NCBI GenBank assembly: GCA_017435485.1 | Contig: JAFSEY010000011.1 | Location: 3,442 to 67,441, forward strand | Direction: 5' to 3' | DNA from: Bacilli bacterium | Lineage (GTDB): Bacteria > Bacillota_I > Bacilli_A > RF39 > UBA660 | Length of the DNA stretch: 64,000 nt | Shown: piece by piece, positions 20,820 through 31,647 of the stretch | How positions within the stretch are numbered: position 1 is the stretch's first letter | Layout of the letters: every line of letters begins with the position of its first letter | The notes under the pieces: model-generated | Seen by the model: the letters and a program-made list of their open reading frames with translations, nothing else | The model's database searches: none | Told to the model about the DNA's origin: nothing | Translations under genes and position numbers: made by a program

Positions 20820-21349
20820 TATATTTTAATAATTCTTTTAATAATATCCTTACTGTCTATTTTTAAATCATTTGTAGCTACTAATGTAGCCAAACCATTA
20901 GCATAAAGCCATACATGCATAAATAAGTTTTTAGCATCTTCAAAAGAATATCCAAATTTATTAACCAAACTTATTATTGTAGATTGATTCCATTTTTCAT
21001 TTAAAACATCGTCTATACTTTTCCATTGCAGATTGTTTGATAGAAATAGGCATTTAAATAAATTTTTATACTCATTAGCAAATTCAACATAAGCAACACA
21101 TAAAGTTACTAAAGCATTTTTGTTATAAACTCTCTTGTTAATAAATTCATCATATTGTTTATAAACTTCGTTATAAATATCTTCTTTAATTTCATCCATT
21201 CCGGTATATAAACGATATAGTGGTTTCGTTGATATTCCAATTTCTTGAGCAAGACTTCTTGCGTTTAATGATTCCCAACCATTTTTTTTAACCATCGCTA
21301 CTGCACTATTGATGATAATGGTTTTATCTATCAAATTATTAATAGCCAT
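20801..21349 (-). CDS. TetR/AcrR family transcriptional regulator
   Basis: N-terminal HTH GWESLNARSLAQEIGISTKPLY. Confidence 0.88.
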   Translation of the reverse strand: MAINNLIDKTIIINSAVAMVKKNGWESLNARSLAQEIGISTKPLYRLYTGMDEIKEDIYNEVYKQYDEFINKRVYNKNALVTLCVAYVEFANEYKNLFKCLFLSNNLQWKSIDDVLNEKWNQSTIISLVNKFGYSFEDAKNLFMHVWLYANGLATLVATNDLKIDSKDIIKRIIKIYKEVAK

Positions 21350-21365
21350 AATTAGTTCCTCCCGC

Positions 21366-21413
21366 CTGGTAACTTATGTTACCAGTATACCACAAAAAAT
21401 ATTCATTTGTCAA
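21366..21413 (-). promoter_or_regulatory. tetR promoter with overlapping palindromic operator
   Basis: Minus strand TTGACA-N18-TATACT (extended TG); palindrome CTGGTAAC-TTAT-GTTACCAG at 21366-21385 abuts/overlaps the -10. Confidence 0.7.
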
Positions 21414-21435
21414 AAAATCGCCAAAATATGCCAAA

Positions 21436-22248
21436 TTATTTCTCGTAATCATCTAAAAAATTATATTGAACATCATTTTGGTGATAACCGATTACTGTTG
21501 ATAAGTTAACGTTTGTAATGCTATTATAGATATTAAAATCAAAATATTTATTGTTTTTACGAAGTTCTTTAATCAAATTTTTTATTTCCATTCGCTTACC
21601 ATTATCTAAGCTTTTTTCGGTAAAAGAGCAAGCACAATTTATAAATTTTAATTCATTATAGTTAGCCCATGAAATAATATCTTTCTCTTTAACAAAATAT
21701 AAAGGCCTTATAAGTTCCATGCCCTGGAAATTATCACTATGTAATTTAGGCATCATTGTCTTAAACTCACCACTATAAAACATTGATAATAAGATAGTTT
21801 CTATAACATCATCAAAATGATGACCAAGAGCTATTTTATTACAACCCAGCTTTTTAGCATAATCATATAAATATCCTCTACGCATCCTAGCGCATAAATA
21901 ACAAGGTTTTTCGCTATTAAGCATATCAGCAACCGCAAAAACATCACTTTTAAAAATATTTAAGGAAATTCCAAGGATATCGGCATTCTTTTTTATTTGC
22001 TCTAAATGATTGTCTTTATACCCAGGGTCCATAACGATAAACTCCAAAGAAAATTTCATTTTCCCGTGCTTTTGAATTTCTTGTAAGCATTTTGCTAGGA
22101 TAAAAGAGTCTTTTCCTCCAGAAATACATACTGCTATTTTATCATCATCTTTAATTAGCTTAAAATCATTTAAAGCTTTTATAAAAGGTGACCAAATTGT
22201 TTTACGATACTTTTTTATAATACTTTTTTCAATGTCTTTTAATTCCAT
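21436..22248 (-). CDS. TtcA-family tRNA thiolation protein (PP-loop ATPase)
   Basis: SGGKDS, PCYLCARMRRG, GHHFDD, LIRP. Confidence 0.85.
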   Translation of the reverse strand: MELKDIEKSIIKKYRKTIWSPFIKALNDFKLIKDDDKIAVCISGGKDSFILAKCLQEIQKHGKMKFSLEFIVMDPGYKDNHLEQIKKNADILGISLNIFKSDVFAVADMLNSEKPCYLCARMRRGYLYDYAKKLGCNKIALGHHFDDVIETILLSMFYSGEFKTMMPKLHSDNFQGMELIRPLYFVKEKDIISWANYNELKFINCACSFTEKSLDNGKRMEIKNLIKELRKNNKYFDFNIYNSITNVNLSTVIGYHQNDVQYNFLDDYEK

Positions 22249-22301
22249 TAAAATCACCACAAAATATTATATCAAAAAAAAGTAGCTAATAATAGCTAAC
22301 T

Positions 22302-22667
22302 TTAAAATGTCTTTTCGGAATAACTATGACTATAATTTATTTTTTCATCAAATTCAACATAATCAAGATATATCATTCTGATTAAATACCATCTTCCTGT
22401 CACAGGATCACTTATTATTAAATGATCTCTTCCTGCTTCTTCCACTATACCCGTATAAACCTTATTTTGCCATTCTGTCGAATCTGGATAAGAAACATAG
22501 GCTTTTACTTTTTTTCCTTTATTTAATCTTAAGATATTTTCAATGAAACTTTGTTCCATCGGTAAACTATCTTGATAAGTATTAATGTTTCCTGGCGGAG
22601 TTACGATGTTACTTTCGTTAGTAGGAAATGTTGGATTTTGGAAATAGTTTCCGTTCACTTTTATCAC
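22302..22667 (-). CDS. gerQ: Spore coat protein GerQ
   Basis: EQSFIENILRLNKGK, AGRDHLIISDP.TG, MIYLDYVEFDE. Confidence 0.88.
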   Translation of the reverse strand: MIKVNGNYFQNPTFPTNESNIVTPPGNINTYQDSLPMEQSFIENILRLNKGKKVKAYVSYPDSTEWQNKVYTGIVEEAGRDHLIISDPVTGRWYLIRMIYLDYVEFDEKINYSHSYSEKTF

Positions 22668-22742
22668 CTCATCATAAGTATATGTTTAAAAAAATTGCTT
22701 ATTAATCTTTTTTTTATTATAATTGTTAATAGGAGAATAGAT

Positions 22743-23615
22743 ATGAAAAGTAAAAGTATTGACGCAAAAAAAATTTATAAAATAATAGGTTTAATTTTTG
22801 GAACCTTTATTTTAGCATTAAATTATAATTTATTTTTATTGCCAAATAATCTAGTAATTGGAGGAACATCTGGTTTATCAATTATATTTAAAGATTTTAT
22901 TGATCCAACTATATTTATTTATGGAGCGACTTTTTTATTGCTTATTGTAAGCTTTGTTTTATTAGGATATGATGATACTAAAAAAACAATCGTTGGTTCA
23001 TTGTTATATCCCTTGTTTGTAACTTTTACAAAACCAATAGCAGCAGTAATAATTCCTAATTTAGTATTTGAAGAATTTATTGTAACAGCTGTACTTACAG
23101 GAGTATTTTATGGCGTAGCAAATGGAATCATTTTTAAAACTGGATTTACGACTGGAGGCTCTGATGTTATTATAAAAATATTAACTAAATATTTAAAGAC
23201 ACCGGAAGGGAAATCATCAACATATATGAATGCTATTATTATTTTGTTAGGAGGATTTAATTTTGGCCTACCAAGGGTTGTATATGCTTTCTTTGTATTA
23301 TTTATAAGTACTTATTTAATTGACAAAATTATGATTGGAATTTCTGATAGTAAGGTTTTTTATATTTATACTAAACATAGTTCTAAGATAAGAGACGTAA
23401 TTTTAGAAGAACTGAAAACGGGGTACACAATCCTTCCGACCTTAGGGGGTTATTCTCACGATAATGGAGAACTTATCATGTGTGTTGTTAATACAAATGA
23501 CTATTATTTATTTAAAGAATTAGTATTATCAATTGATTCCGAAGCGTTTATTGTTGTCAATGATTGCTATGACGTTAACGGTGGTGTCAAGAAGAAAAAT
23601 TTGCCATTTATATAG
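22743..23615 (+). CDS. YitT family membrane protein
   Basis: PNNLVIGGTSG, GFTTGGSD, C-terminal DUF2179-like domain (ID.EAF); ATG 22743 with AGGAG RBS. Confidence 0.85.
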   Translation: MKSKSIDAKKIYKIIGLIFGTFILALNYNLFLLPNNLVIGGTSGLSIIFKDFIDPTIFIYGATFLLLIVSFVLLGYDDTKKTIVGSLLYPLFVTFTKPIAAVIIPNLVFEEFIVTAVLTGVFYGVANGIIFKTGFTTGGSDVIIKILTKYLKTPEGKSSTYMNAIIILLGGFNFGLPRVVYAFFVLFISTYLIDKIMIGISDSKVFYIYTKHSSKIRDVILEELKTGYTILPTLGGYSHDNGELIMCVVNTNDYYLFKELVLSIDSEAFIVVNDCYDVNGGVKKKNLPFI

Positions 23616-23656
23616 AAAATGTCAAGTGATATAATGAAAGAGTAATAGGTGGTAAT

Positions 23657-24358
23657 ATGAAGTTTATCGAGTTAAAAGATTGTTATAAAGTTTATAAAAA
23701 TGGAGTTACAGCCTTAGCAGATGTTTCAGTAAAAATAGCAAAAGGGGAATTTGTCTTTGTTATTGGTGCGAGTGGTAGTGGAAAATCTACTTTTATCAAG
23801 CTGTTATATCGTGAAGAAAAACCAACAAAAGGAAATGTTAATGTTGGCGGTGTTAATGTGGCTAAATTACGAAATGGAAAAGTATATAAATTACGTCGCA
23901 AATTAGGTATAGTGTTTCAAGATTTTAAGTTGCTTCCTAAGATGACGGTTTATGAAAATGTTGCTTTTGCTTTAGAAACTATGGGAATTAAAGAAAGCGA
24001 AATTCGTCCTAGAGTAATTGAAGCGTTAAATCATGTTGGATTAAAAGATAAATTAAGAAGTTTTCCCAATCAATTATCAGGCGGAGAGCAGCAAAGGGTA
24101 TGTATAGCAAGAGCTATTGTAAACGAACCTAAATTACTAATTTGTGATGAACCTACTGGAAACTTAGATCCAGACACTTCAAAAGAAATAATGAAAGTAT
24201 TAGAAAAAATTAATAAAGAGTTAGGAACAACAATCATAATGGCTACTCATGATAAAGAAATAGTTAACCGTATGAAAAAAAGAGTTATTCTACTTGAACA
24301 GGGTGTGTTAACCGGAGATTACTTGAAAGGAAGTTATAAAGCACATGAAGGCAATTAG
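23657..24358 (+). CDS. ftsE: Cell division ATP-binding protein FtsE
   Basis: GASGSGKST, VFQDFKLL, LSGGEQQR, DEPTGNLD; paired with ftsX. Confidence 0.93.
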   Translation: MKFIELKDCYKVYKNGVTALADVSVKIAKGEFVFVIGASGSGKSTFIKLLYREEKPTKGNVNVGGVNVAKLRNGKVYKLRRKLGIVFQDFKLLPKMTVYENVAFALETMGIKESEIRPRVIEALNHVGLKDKLRSFPNQLSGGEQQRVCIARAIVNEPKLLICDEPTGNLDPDTSKEIMKVLEKINKELGTTIIMATHDKEIVNRMKKRVILLEQGVLTGDYLKGSYKAHEGN

Positions 24359-25238
24359 AATATTAGTAAGAAGTTTAAGAGACTCATTAAAAAGTATTTT
24401 TCGTAATTTTAGTTTAAGCATTGCATCTATTGCGTGCACAACAATAACATTAATACTGGTAGCTATCTCATTAGTTGTATCATTTAATGTTAATAAAATA
24501 ACTAAAGAATTAGAGCATGAACTTACAATAGTTGTTTATTTAGATAGAGAAACAACAATGGAACAGGTAAAACAAATTGAAGGTCAAATATTAGATATTA
24601 ATAATGTTAGTGAGGTTATCTATAAAAGCAAAGATGAATGGAAAGTTGAAATGCAAAACTATTCTGCGACTTTAGATACAACACTATCTTATTTAGAAAC
24701 TAATCCCCTTCTTGATTCATTTGTTGTGAAAGTAAGCGATGCTACGCATTTAAAAGAAACAAACAATCAAATTTCGGCAATTGAAAATGTTGAATCGTCA
24801 AGCTATGGCGAAGGGATGGTAGAAAAGTTATTATCAATTTTTGATATAGTGAAAAAAGTAACTATCATTATTGTATTAGCTCTTGTTATGGTAACGGCTT
24901 TTCTGATTAATAACACAATTAAATTAACCATTTTTTCTCGAAAAAATGAAATAGAAATAATGCGTTTAGTAGGAACCAGTAATACTGCTATTAAATTACC
25001 TTTCCTATTTGAAGGCTTCTTTATTGGTATAATTGGTGCTATTATTCCAATAATTTTAACCATATATGGATATGTTATAGCTTATGATTATTTTGGGGGC
25101 TATCTATTTAGTCAAATAATTACTTTAATTAAACCATTCAATTTCATTTTATATGTTTCATTAGCGCTACTTGCTATCGGAGCTTTAGTAGGTATGATTG
25201 CGAGTATTAGAGCAGTTAGAAAGTATTTGAAAATATGA
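24345..25238 (+). CDS. ftsX: Cell division permease FtsX
   Basis: NTIKLTIFSRKNEIEIMRLVG..PFLFEG; 4-TM topology. Confidence 0.93.
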   Translation: MKAIRILVRSLRDSLKSIFRNFSLSIASIACTTITLILVAISLVVSFNVNKITKELEHELTIVVYLDRETTMEQVKQIEGQILDINNVSEVIYKSKDEWKVEMQNYSATLDTTLSYLETNPLLDSFVVKVSDATHLKETNNQISAIENVESSSYGEGMVEKLLSIFDIVKKVTIIIVLALVMVTAFLINNTIKLTIFSRKNEIEIMRLVGTSNTAIKLPFLFEGFFIGIIGAIIPIILTIYGYVIAYDYFGGYLFSQIITLIKPFNFILYVSLALLAIGALVGMIASIRAVRKYLKI

Positions 25239-26452
25239 TGAAAAAACTAATTAATGGACTAAGAAAAGCAGGAGCTATTTTATGGGTTTTAACACTTTTA
25301 GCATATCAACCATTAAATGCTTATGCCAAAGAAGCTGAAACCTTAGCTGATCTAAGAGAAGAATTAAAATCGCTTCAAGCTGAAAAGAAAAGAAATGAAC
25401 AATCTAAAAATCAAACCCAATCAGAAATAAATTCTAAAAAAAATGCGGTAGCAAATGCTCACGAAGAAATTGAGCAAGCTAAAACTGATATAACTATAGC
25501 GGAACAGGAAATAACTGATTCTAAAACGGAAATAGATAAGCTAACGGCCGAAACAGAAGCATTACTAGTTTTTATGCAACAAATGAATGGAGAAAATGCC
25601 TATGTTCAATATGTAACTGGTTCAAGCTCGATGACGGAACTTGTAATGCGTTTGGCAGCCGTTGATCAAATTACTACTTATAATCAAAAAACATTGGCAG
25701 AATTAGAAGCGTTAATAAACAAGAATGAACAATTAAAAGTAGAATTAGAACAAAAACAAGTTGATTTAAATAACAAAATAGAAAGTTATGAGAAGAAAAT
25801 CACTAGCTTAGGAAAAAACTTAGCTGATTTAGCTGAAGTTTCCGAAGACATAGATGATCAAATAAAAAATCAAAAAGCGCTTATAAAGACCTATGAAGAT
25901 ATGGGATGCGGCGAAAACCAATTACTAAGTCAATGTGTTGAAGTGGCTAATAATGCTAGTTGGCGAAAACCATTAAAAAGAGGCGTAGTAACCTCATTAT
26001 GGGGATATCGAAAAAGCCCAATTACTGGCGCGCAACAATTCCATAATGGAATAGATTTAGCAGGAAATAGTGAAGGGACCAAAATATATTCGGCTGCCAG
26101 CGGAACGGTTGCCGCAATCACGTGGAAATCGAGTTGCGGAGGAAATAAAGTCTATATTCACTCATATGTAAACGGCAAAAGTTATACACATTATTATTTC
26201 CACTTATTAAATATTAATGTTAAAGTTGGTGATAATGTTACAACGGAGACAGCTATTGGAACAGTTGGTGGTGGATCTAAAACAAGGTCTTATGATAAAT
26301 GTTCTACAGGGGCGCATCTTCACTTTGGAATCGCTACTGGATTTTATCTAGGAGCGGGAAAAGGAAGTTACTCATCATATAGTAAATTGGTAGCCAACAA
26401 TATCCAACCACCAGGTTTTGGAAAAAAGGGCTCATGGTTCTATTCAAGGTAG
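25235..26452 (+). CDS. Coiled-coil + M23 peptidase (FtsEX-associated murein hydrolase, EnvC/CwlO-like architecture)
   Basis: Signal peptide, long coiled coil, HNGID (HxxxD) and HLH zinc motifs. Confidence 0.85.
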   Translation: MMKKLINGLRKAGAILWVLTLLAYQPLNAYAKEAETLADLREELKSLQAEKKRNEQSKNQTQSEINSKKNAVANAHEEIEQAKTDITIAEQEITDSKTEIDKLTAETEALLVFMQQMNGENAYVQYVTGSSSMTELVMRLAAVDQITTYNQKTLAELEALINKNEQLKVELEQKQVDLNNKIESYEKKITSLGKNLADLAEVSEDIDDQIKNQKALIKTYEDMGCGENQLLSQCVEVANNASWRKPLKRGVVTSLWGYRKSPITGAQQFHNGIDLAGNSEGTKIYSAASGTVAAITWKSSCGGNKVYIHSYVNGKSYTHYYFHLLNINVKVGDNVTTETAIGTVGGGSKTRSYDKCSTGAHLHFGIATGFYLGAGKGSYSSYSKLVANNIQPPGFGKKGSWFYSR

Positions 26453-26509
26453 AGAAATTGATTCTTTACCTTTTTTTATTTTGTTGTATAATTAATAAAG
26501 GTGATTTGC

Positions 26510-27415
26510 ATGACATTCGCAACGCAAATAAAAGATGAAGTAACAAAAATTCCTCAAAACTATTTAGAAAATCTAAGTGAGCTTGCAGCTATAGTTAGAT
26601 ATGATGCTATTATCGAAAACAATACTTTGGTTATTACTTTAGAGAATGCTAGTATAGCTAGAAGAATATATCGTAGTTTTAAAGAAATATTTAGTATCAG
26701 TCCTAAAATTGTCATACGTAATCAAAAAAGATTTAGAATTGATACGTTATACATCTTAGAAATTAAAGAAAAATTAAATACAATATGTGAAAGGCTTTTC
26801 ATAAACGAAGACTTTTCTAATTTTTTGCAAACGGAAGAAGAAAGGGTTGCTTTTTTTCGAGGTGCTTTTTTAGCTTGTGGTAGTATTAGCGATCCAAAAA
26901 TGGGTAGTTACCATTTTGAAATGGTTTTAAGAAAAAGTAAAGAAGCCGATGCGTTGCTTCAAATATTACAAAGTCTAAACTTTCATCCTAAAAAAATTAA
27001 AAGAGCTAATAAGTATATGATTTATATAAAATCAGCCGAAGAAATAAGTGATATATTAAAACTATTTAAAGCAACTAATTCCTTATTTTATTTTGAAGAT
27101 ATCAGAATCTATCGAGATCATAAAAATATGGTAAATCGCTTAAATAATTGTGAAATAGCTAATCAAGAAAAATCAATTTCAACTGGACTAAAACAAGCAG
27201 AACAAATAAAATATTTAAAGGAAAATGACCTACTAGAACTTTTAGATGAAAAAACTATTTTTGTTGCAAAGTATCGTGAAAAATATCCGGATGTATCATA
27301 TCAAGAATTAGCTGAGATTATTTCTTTAGAAACAGATTATTCTATTGGAAAATCCGGAATCAATCATCATTTTATTAAAATTAAGAAATTAGTCGAAAAA
27401 CATCAAAATAAGTAA
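26510..27415 (+). CDS. whiA: DNA-binding protein WhiA
   Basis: RGAFLACGSISDP..YHFE, NRLNNCEIAN, KSGINH. Confidence 0.92.
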   Translation: MTFATQIKDEVTKIPQNYLENLSELAAIVRYDAIIENNTLVITLENASIARRIYRSFKEIFSISPKIVIRNQKRFRIDTLYILEIKEKLNTICERLFINEDFSNFLQTEEERVAFFRGAFLACGSISDPKMGSYHFEMVLRKSKEADALLQILQSLNFHPKKIKRANKYMIYIKSAEEISDILKLFKATNSLFYFEDIRIYRDHKNMVNRLNNCEIANQEKSISTGLKQAEQIKYLKENDLLELLDEKTIFVAKYREKYPDVSYQELAEIISLETDYSIGKSGINHHFIKIKKLVEKHQNK

Positions 27416-27447
27416 ACATTTGGCGAAGTCATCGTCAAATGTTTTTT
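27414..27447 (+). terminator. Intrinsic terminator after whiA
   Basis: AAACATTTGGCGA-AGTCA-TCGTCAAATGTTT plus T-run. Confidence 0.7.
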
Positions 27448-27489
27448 TGCATGTTATTATTATTTTCAAGAAATGGAGAGCATAATAAT

Positions 27490-28233
27490 ATGACAAAAAT
27501 AACAATAAGTAGTTTAATTAAAATAATGAATGAAACATGTCATGAATCAATGGCGGTATTAGAAGGCTTAAAAAAATCAATATTTATTCAAAGTGGCAAT
27601 GAATTAATAAATCCAGACAAACTGGAGTTTAGAATAGCCGAAAAGGAAATGCTTCAAGGCTGTGAAATTCCAGAGTATATCATTTCCATAAGTTGGCTAA
27701 ATAAAAAGCTAGAAAATATTAATTGTCGAATTGATCCTATAAACAAAAAAATAATTTTATGCAATGTTATTGGCGATAGTCTTGATTGTTTAGAAACAAA
27801 AGAACAAAAAGACTTTATAGAGCTCAACAAATATATAATATATAAAGCTTTAGAAGAGGCTAACGCAAATCAAAAATACGTTTCGTTAAGTTCATGTAAC
27901 ATGTGGCAATCAACTTTAAGCAGATATTATAGTAAACCTCATTCGCTTCTAGCAGAGAATTTAAATGGAACTTATGAGTTTGATATTAACGGAACTCAAC
28001 TTAGCTTAAAAAATGGTATAGATCATCTTTGGTTTGATGTCTATAAAAATATTTTTAGTCAATCTAAATCATCTATTTACGTTGTTAGAGAAAAAGATAT
28101 ATCGAATGATGAATTACAAAATTTACATGAAATATATTTTGATAAGTTATACATAGACATAAATGATTTACCGGGATTTTGGCAATCATTAATATGTCAA
28201 TCATCAAAACTGAGTCTTAAAAAACAAAATTAA
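27490..28233 (+). CDS. Hypothetical protein (orphan)
   Basis: Long ORF, GGAG RBS before ATG 27490; no family recognised. Confidence 0.65.
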   Translation: MTKITISSLIKIMNETCHESMAVLEGLKKSIFIQSGNELINPDKLEFRIAEKEMLQGCEIPEYIISISWLNKKLENINCRIDPINKKIILCNVIGDSLDCLETKEQKDFIELNKYIIYKALEEANANQKYVSLSSCNMWQSTLSRYYSKPHSLLAENLNGTYEFDINGTQLSLKNGIDHLWFDVYKNIFSQSKSSIYVVREKDISNDELQNLHEIYFDKLYIDINDLPGFWQSLICQSSKLSLKKQN

Positions 28234-28242
28234 AAAGTATGG

Positions 28243-28812
28243 TTAAATAATTTTATCTATTAAACCATACTTTTTTGCTTCTTCTGGATCCATATAATAG
28301 TCTCTTTCGGTATCTAAAGTTATTTTCTCAATAGGTTGATTGGTATTTTTAGCTAACAATTTATTTAATTTTTCTTTAATTTTCAGTATTCTTTCGGCAG
28401 CTATCTTAATATCACTTGCTTGTCCTTGTGCTCCCCCTAATGGTTGATGAATCATAATTTCGGCATTAGGTAATGCATAGCGTTTTTTCTGTTCGCCACT
28501 AGAAAGTAAAAACGCCGCCATACTTGCAGCCATTCCGATGCAAATGGTACAAACATTACTTTTAATATAATTCATTGTATCATATATAGCCATTCCGCTA
28601 GTGACACTGCCCCCAGGGCTATTAATATAAAGAGAAATGTCATCATGATTTAAGCTATCTAAATATAAAAGTTGACTAATAATAATATTAGCGCTAGCAT
28701 CATCAATTTCGCCGGTACAAAAAACAATTCTATCTTTTAATAATCTTGAATATAAATCAAAAGCATACTCTTTTTGATTAGTTTTTTCAATGACAGTTGG
28801 AATAATGTTCAT
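28243..28812 (-). CDS. clpP: ATP-dependent Clp protease proteolytic subunit
   Basis: [33 protein letters not shown]. Confidence 0.97.
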   Translation of the reverse strand: MNIIPTVIEKTNQKEYAFDLYSRLLKDRIVFCTGEIDDASANIIISQLLYLDSLNHDDISLYINSPGGSVTSGMAIYDTMNYIKSNVCTICIGMAASMAAFLLSSGEQKKRYALPNAEIMIHQPLGGAQGQASDIKIAAERILKIKEKLNKLLAKNTNQPIEKITLDTERDYYMDPEEAKKYGLIDKII

Positions 28813-28919
28813 ATGATCACCTATAATTATAATATCTATAATTAATAAAAGTTATACAAAAAACTATATGACAAAATAAACATTTATGTTATAATTTTAT
28901 AGAATAGAGAGGGTATATT

Positions 28920-30563
28920 ATGAAACAAATTAATGTTAATGTTGAAAACTATGGTAATTATGAATATCCTTTCGGGATTTCTTTATATGAAGTATGCGAA
29001 GATTTGAAAATAAATTATGAAGTAGTTGGCGCCAAAATAAATAACGAGCTTAATCCACTTACAACGAGATTAGTTAAAGATACAGATATTAAATTTATTG
29101 ATAGCACTGATTTAGCTGGATATAAAATATATAAAGCTGGTCTACAATTTATATTTGAGGTTGCATTGAAAGAAACTTTCCCTGAGTTTGAAGTGATTTA
29201 TGAACATAGTGTTCCTAAAGGGCTATTAGCAGAAATTATCGGAAACAGAACTCTTACTCAAAAAGAGATGGGGATTATAAAAGGAAATATGGCTAAAATA
29301 ATAGCTGAAGATCTAAAATTTGAAAAATATAATATTTCTAAGAGAGATGCTATCGAATATTTTGAAAAAGGCAATCAAATTGAAAAAGCTCAAAATATTG
29401 AAAATAGCGGCGAAGAGATTATTACTTTATATAAATTAAAAGACTTTTTAAATTATTACTATACGGAAATGCCGTATACTACAAAGTCTATTTCCAAATT
29501 TGATCTAGTATATTTAGGAAATAATCGACTGGTATTTTTATGGCCAAGCGCTAGAAGTGAAGGAAAAGTACCAGAATATGTTCATTATGGCAATATAATA
29601 AATTCTTTTCTAAATGGAAAAAATTGGTTAGAAAAAATGGAAGTTCCTTATCTTGCTGATTTAAATAAACTAGTTAGCACATCTAAAATAAAAGAATTAA
29701 TAGAAGCAAATGAATTATTATTTAATCAATCTATAGCAGCCTGTGCCGAAAAGATTGCTAAGAATAATGAAAAAAAAGTGGTATTAATAGCTGGGCCATC
29801 ATCAGCTGGAAAAACAACAACCACCAAAAGACTATCAGCTTATTTAAAGGTTAGGGGTTTAAAACCAATATCAATATCAGTTGATGATTATTTTGTTGAT
29901 CGTGAAAAAACTCCAAAAGATGAAAATGGTGAGTATGACTTTGAATGTCTGATGGCAATTGATGTAGAAAGATTTAATAAAGATTTAATGGATTTATTGA
30001 ATGGTAAAGCGGTTGATTTGCCGACTTATGATTTTGTTTCAGGAACCCATACTAATAGCGGAAAAGAAGTTTCACTAGCGGACGATGGAATAATTCTTGT
30101 TGAAGGATTACATGCGTTAAATGACGAATTAACTCCACATATAAGTAGTTTGCTAAAATACAAAATATATTTAAGCCCTTTTATTCCGCTTAACATTGAT
30201 AAGCATAATTACATTTCTACATTAGATTTAAGGTTACTAAGAAGACTCATCAGAGATAATCGTACTAGAGGATTAGATGTAAGTGGAACTATTAAAATTT
30301 GGCAAAGCGTTCGTAATGGAGAAGAAAAATACATCTTCCCTTATATACATCAAGCGGACATTATTATCAATACCGCCTTATCGTATGAACTAGGTGTAGT
30401 AAGAGTTTATGCTGAACCGTTATTATATTCAGTAGGAATAGATTCTCCATATTATGAAGAAGCAAGAAGATTAATAAATTTCTTAAAAAGATTTTATTTA
30501 ATACCAACAGAATACATTCCCAAAGATTCAATACTAAGAGAATTTATTGGTTATGGCGAATAA
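28920..30563 (+). CDS. Nucleoside/uridine kinase with N-terminal TGS/ThrRS-like domains
   Basis: IAGPSSAGKTT, SVDDYF, VEGLHALN, RLLRRLIRD.R.RG. Confidence 0.85.
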   Translation: MKQINVNVENYGNYEYPFGISLYEVCEDLKINYEVVGAKINNELNPLTTRLVKDTDIKFIDSTDLAGYKIYKAGLQFIFEVALKETFPEFEVIYEHSVPKGLLAEIIGNRTLTQKEMGIIKGNMAKIIAEDLKFEKYNISKRDAIEYFEKGNQIEKAQNIENSGEEIITLYKLKDFLNYYYTEMPYTTKSISKFDLVYLGNNRLVFLWPSARSEGKVPEYVHYGNIINSFLNGKNWLEKMEVPYLADLNKLVSTSKIKELIEANELLFNQSIAACAEKIAKNNEKKVVLIAGPSSAGKTTTTKRLSAYLKVRGLKPISISVDDYFVDREKTPKDENGEYDFECLMAIDVERFNKDLMDLLNGKAVDLPTYDFVSGTHTNSGKEVSLADDGIILVEGLHALNDELTPHISSLLKYKIYLSPFIPLNIDKHNYISTLDLRLLRRLIRDNRTRGLDVSGTIKIWQSVRNGEEKYIFPYIHQADIIINTALSYELGVVRVYAEPLLYSVGIDSPYYEEARRLINFLKRFYLIPTEYIPKDSILREFIGYGE

Positions 30564-30579
30564 GGAAAGGAAATTTAAA

Positions 30580-31584
30580 ATGATAAAAGTAGCAATTAAT
30601 GGATTTGGAAGAATAGGAAGAATAGCATTTAGACAAATGATTACAACTACAGATTTTGATATAGTAGCAATCAATGATTTAACAAATGCCGAAGATTTAG
30701 CATATTTATTAAAATATGATACCGATCATGGTTCGTTTCATGAAGATGAAATATCTTTTGATAATGATGAATTAATTATAGCAGGAACAAAAAGAATTAA
30801 AGTGTATAGCGAAGCAGATCCAGTAAATTTACCTTGGGGAAACTTGGATGTTGATCTGGTTTTAGAATGTACTGGAAGATTTACTGATGCTGAAAAAGCT
30901 AAAGCTCATATAACCGCTGGAGCCAAAAAGGTTTTAATTTCGGCTCCTGCTAAAGGCGATTTGAAAACAATTGTATACAGTGTTAATGATCAAAACTTAG
31001 ATGGAACGGAAAAAATTATTTCTGCAGCAAGTTGCACAACTAATTGTCTTGCTCCTGTATTAAAAGTAATCGACGATAATAACAAAATTATTAGAGGATA
31101 TATGACTACAGTTCATGCTTATACCAACGATCAGGCTACATTAGATATTGCACATAAAAAAGGAATTTATGCTAGAAGAGGAAGAGCTTGTGCCCAAAAT
31201 ATTGTTCCAGCATCAACAGGAGCAGCTAGTGCAATTGGAGAAGTAATTCCAAGTTTAAAAGGTAAAATGGATGGTCACGCCTTTAGAGTTCCGGTGTCAG
31301 ATGGTTCAGTAATAGATGTGACTCTAGAATTAGAAAGAAATACATCAGTAGAAGAAATTAACAATTTATTTAAATCAAATGTCAGTGAAGTATTAATGGC
31401 CACTAATGATCCAATTGTATCAAGTGATGTTTTAAATAAAAAATGTGGAGCATTAGTAGATATGTTATCAACAAAAATATTAGAGGTGGATGGTAAACAA
31501 CTTGTTAAAGTAATTGCTTGGTATGATAATGAATTTGGGTATACTGCTCAAATGCTTAGAACCGCTAAAGCAATGTTTAGATAA
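30580..31584 (+). CDS. gap: Type I glyceraldehyde-3-phosphate dehydrogenase
   Basis: INGFGRIGR, ASCTTNCLAP, WYDNE. Confidence 0.97.
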   Translation: MIKVAINGFGRIGRIAFRQMITTTDFDIVAINDLTNAEDLAYLLKYDTDHGSFHEDEISFDNDELIIAGTKRIKVYSEADPVNLPWGNLDVDLVLECTGRFTDAEKAKAHITAGAKKVLISAPAKGDLKTIVYSVNDQNLDGTEKIISAASCTTNCLAPVLKVIDDNNKIIRGYMTTVHAYTNDQATLDIAHKKGIYARRGRACAQNIVPASTGAASAIGEVIPSLKGKMDGHAFRVPVSDGSVIDVTLELERNTSVEEINNLFKSNVSEVLMATNDPIVSSDVLNKKCGALVDMLSTKILEVDGKQLVKVIAWYDNEFGYTAQMLRTAKAMFR

Positions 31585-31626
31585 ATCAACAGAAATGTTG
31601 ATTTTTTTATATATTTAATTTAAAAT
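31583..31626 (+). promoter_or_regulatory. gap terminator fused to first array promoter
   Basis: Hairpin AAATCAACA-GAAA-TGTTGATTT plus T-run; its 3' arm supplies TTGATT-N17-TAAAAT (31598-31626). Confidence 0.6.
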
Positions 31627-31647
31627 AACAACTCATGGGTGATATCT

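Noticed and set aside
22572-22742. Long N-terminal extensions given by the ORF track (yitT from 22572; likewise 19744, 27439, 30547, 38173, 45698, 50264, 58333)
   Set aside because: Downstream start codons with clear RBSs and family-consistent N-termini fit better; the extensions overlap neighbouring genes or promoters.
28920-30563. ThrRS-like N-terminus fused to a uridine kinase as a novel fusion
   Set aside because: This architecture is a known, widespread nucleoside kinase family in anaerobic gut bacteria.
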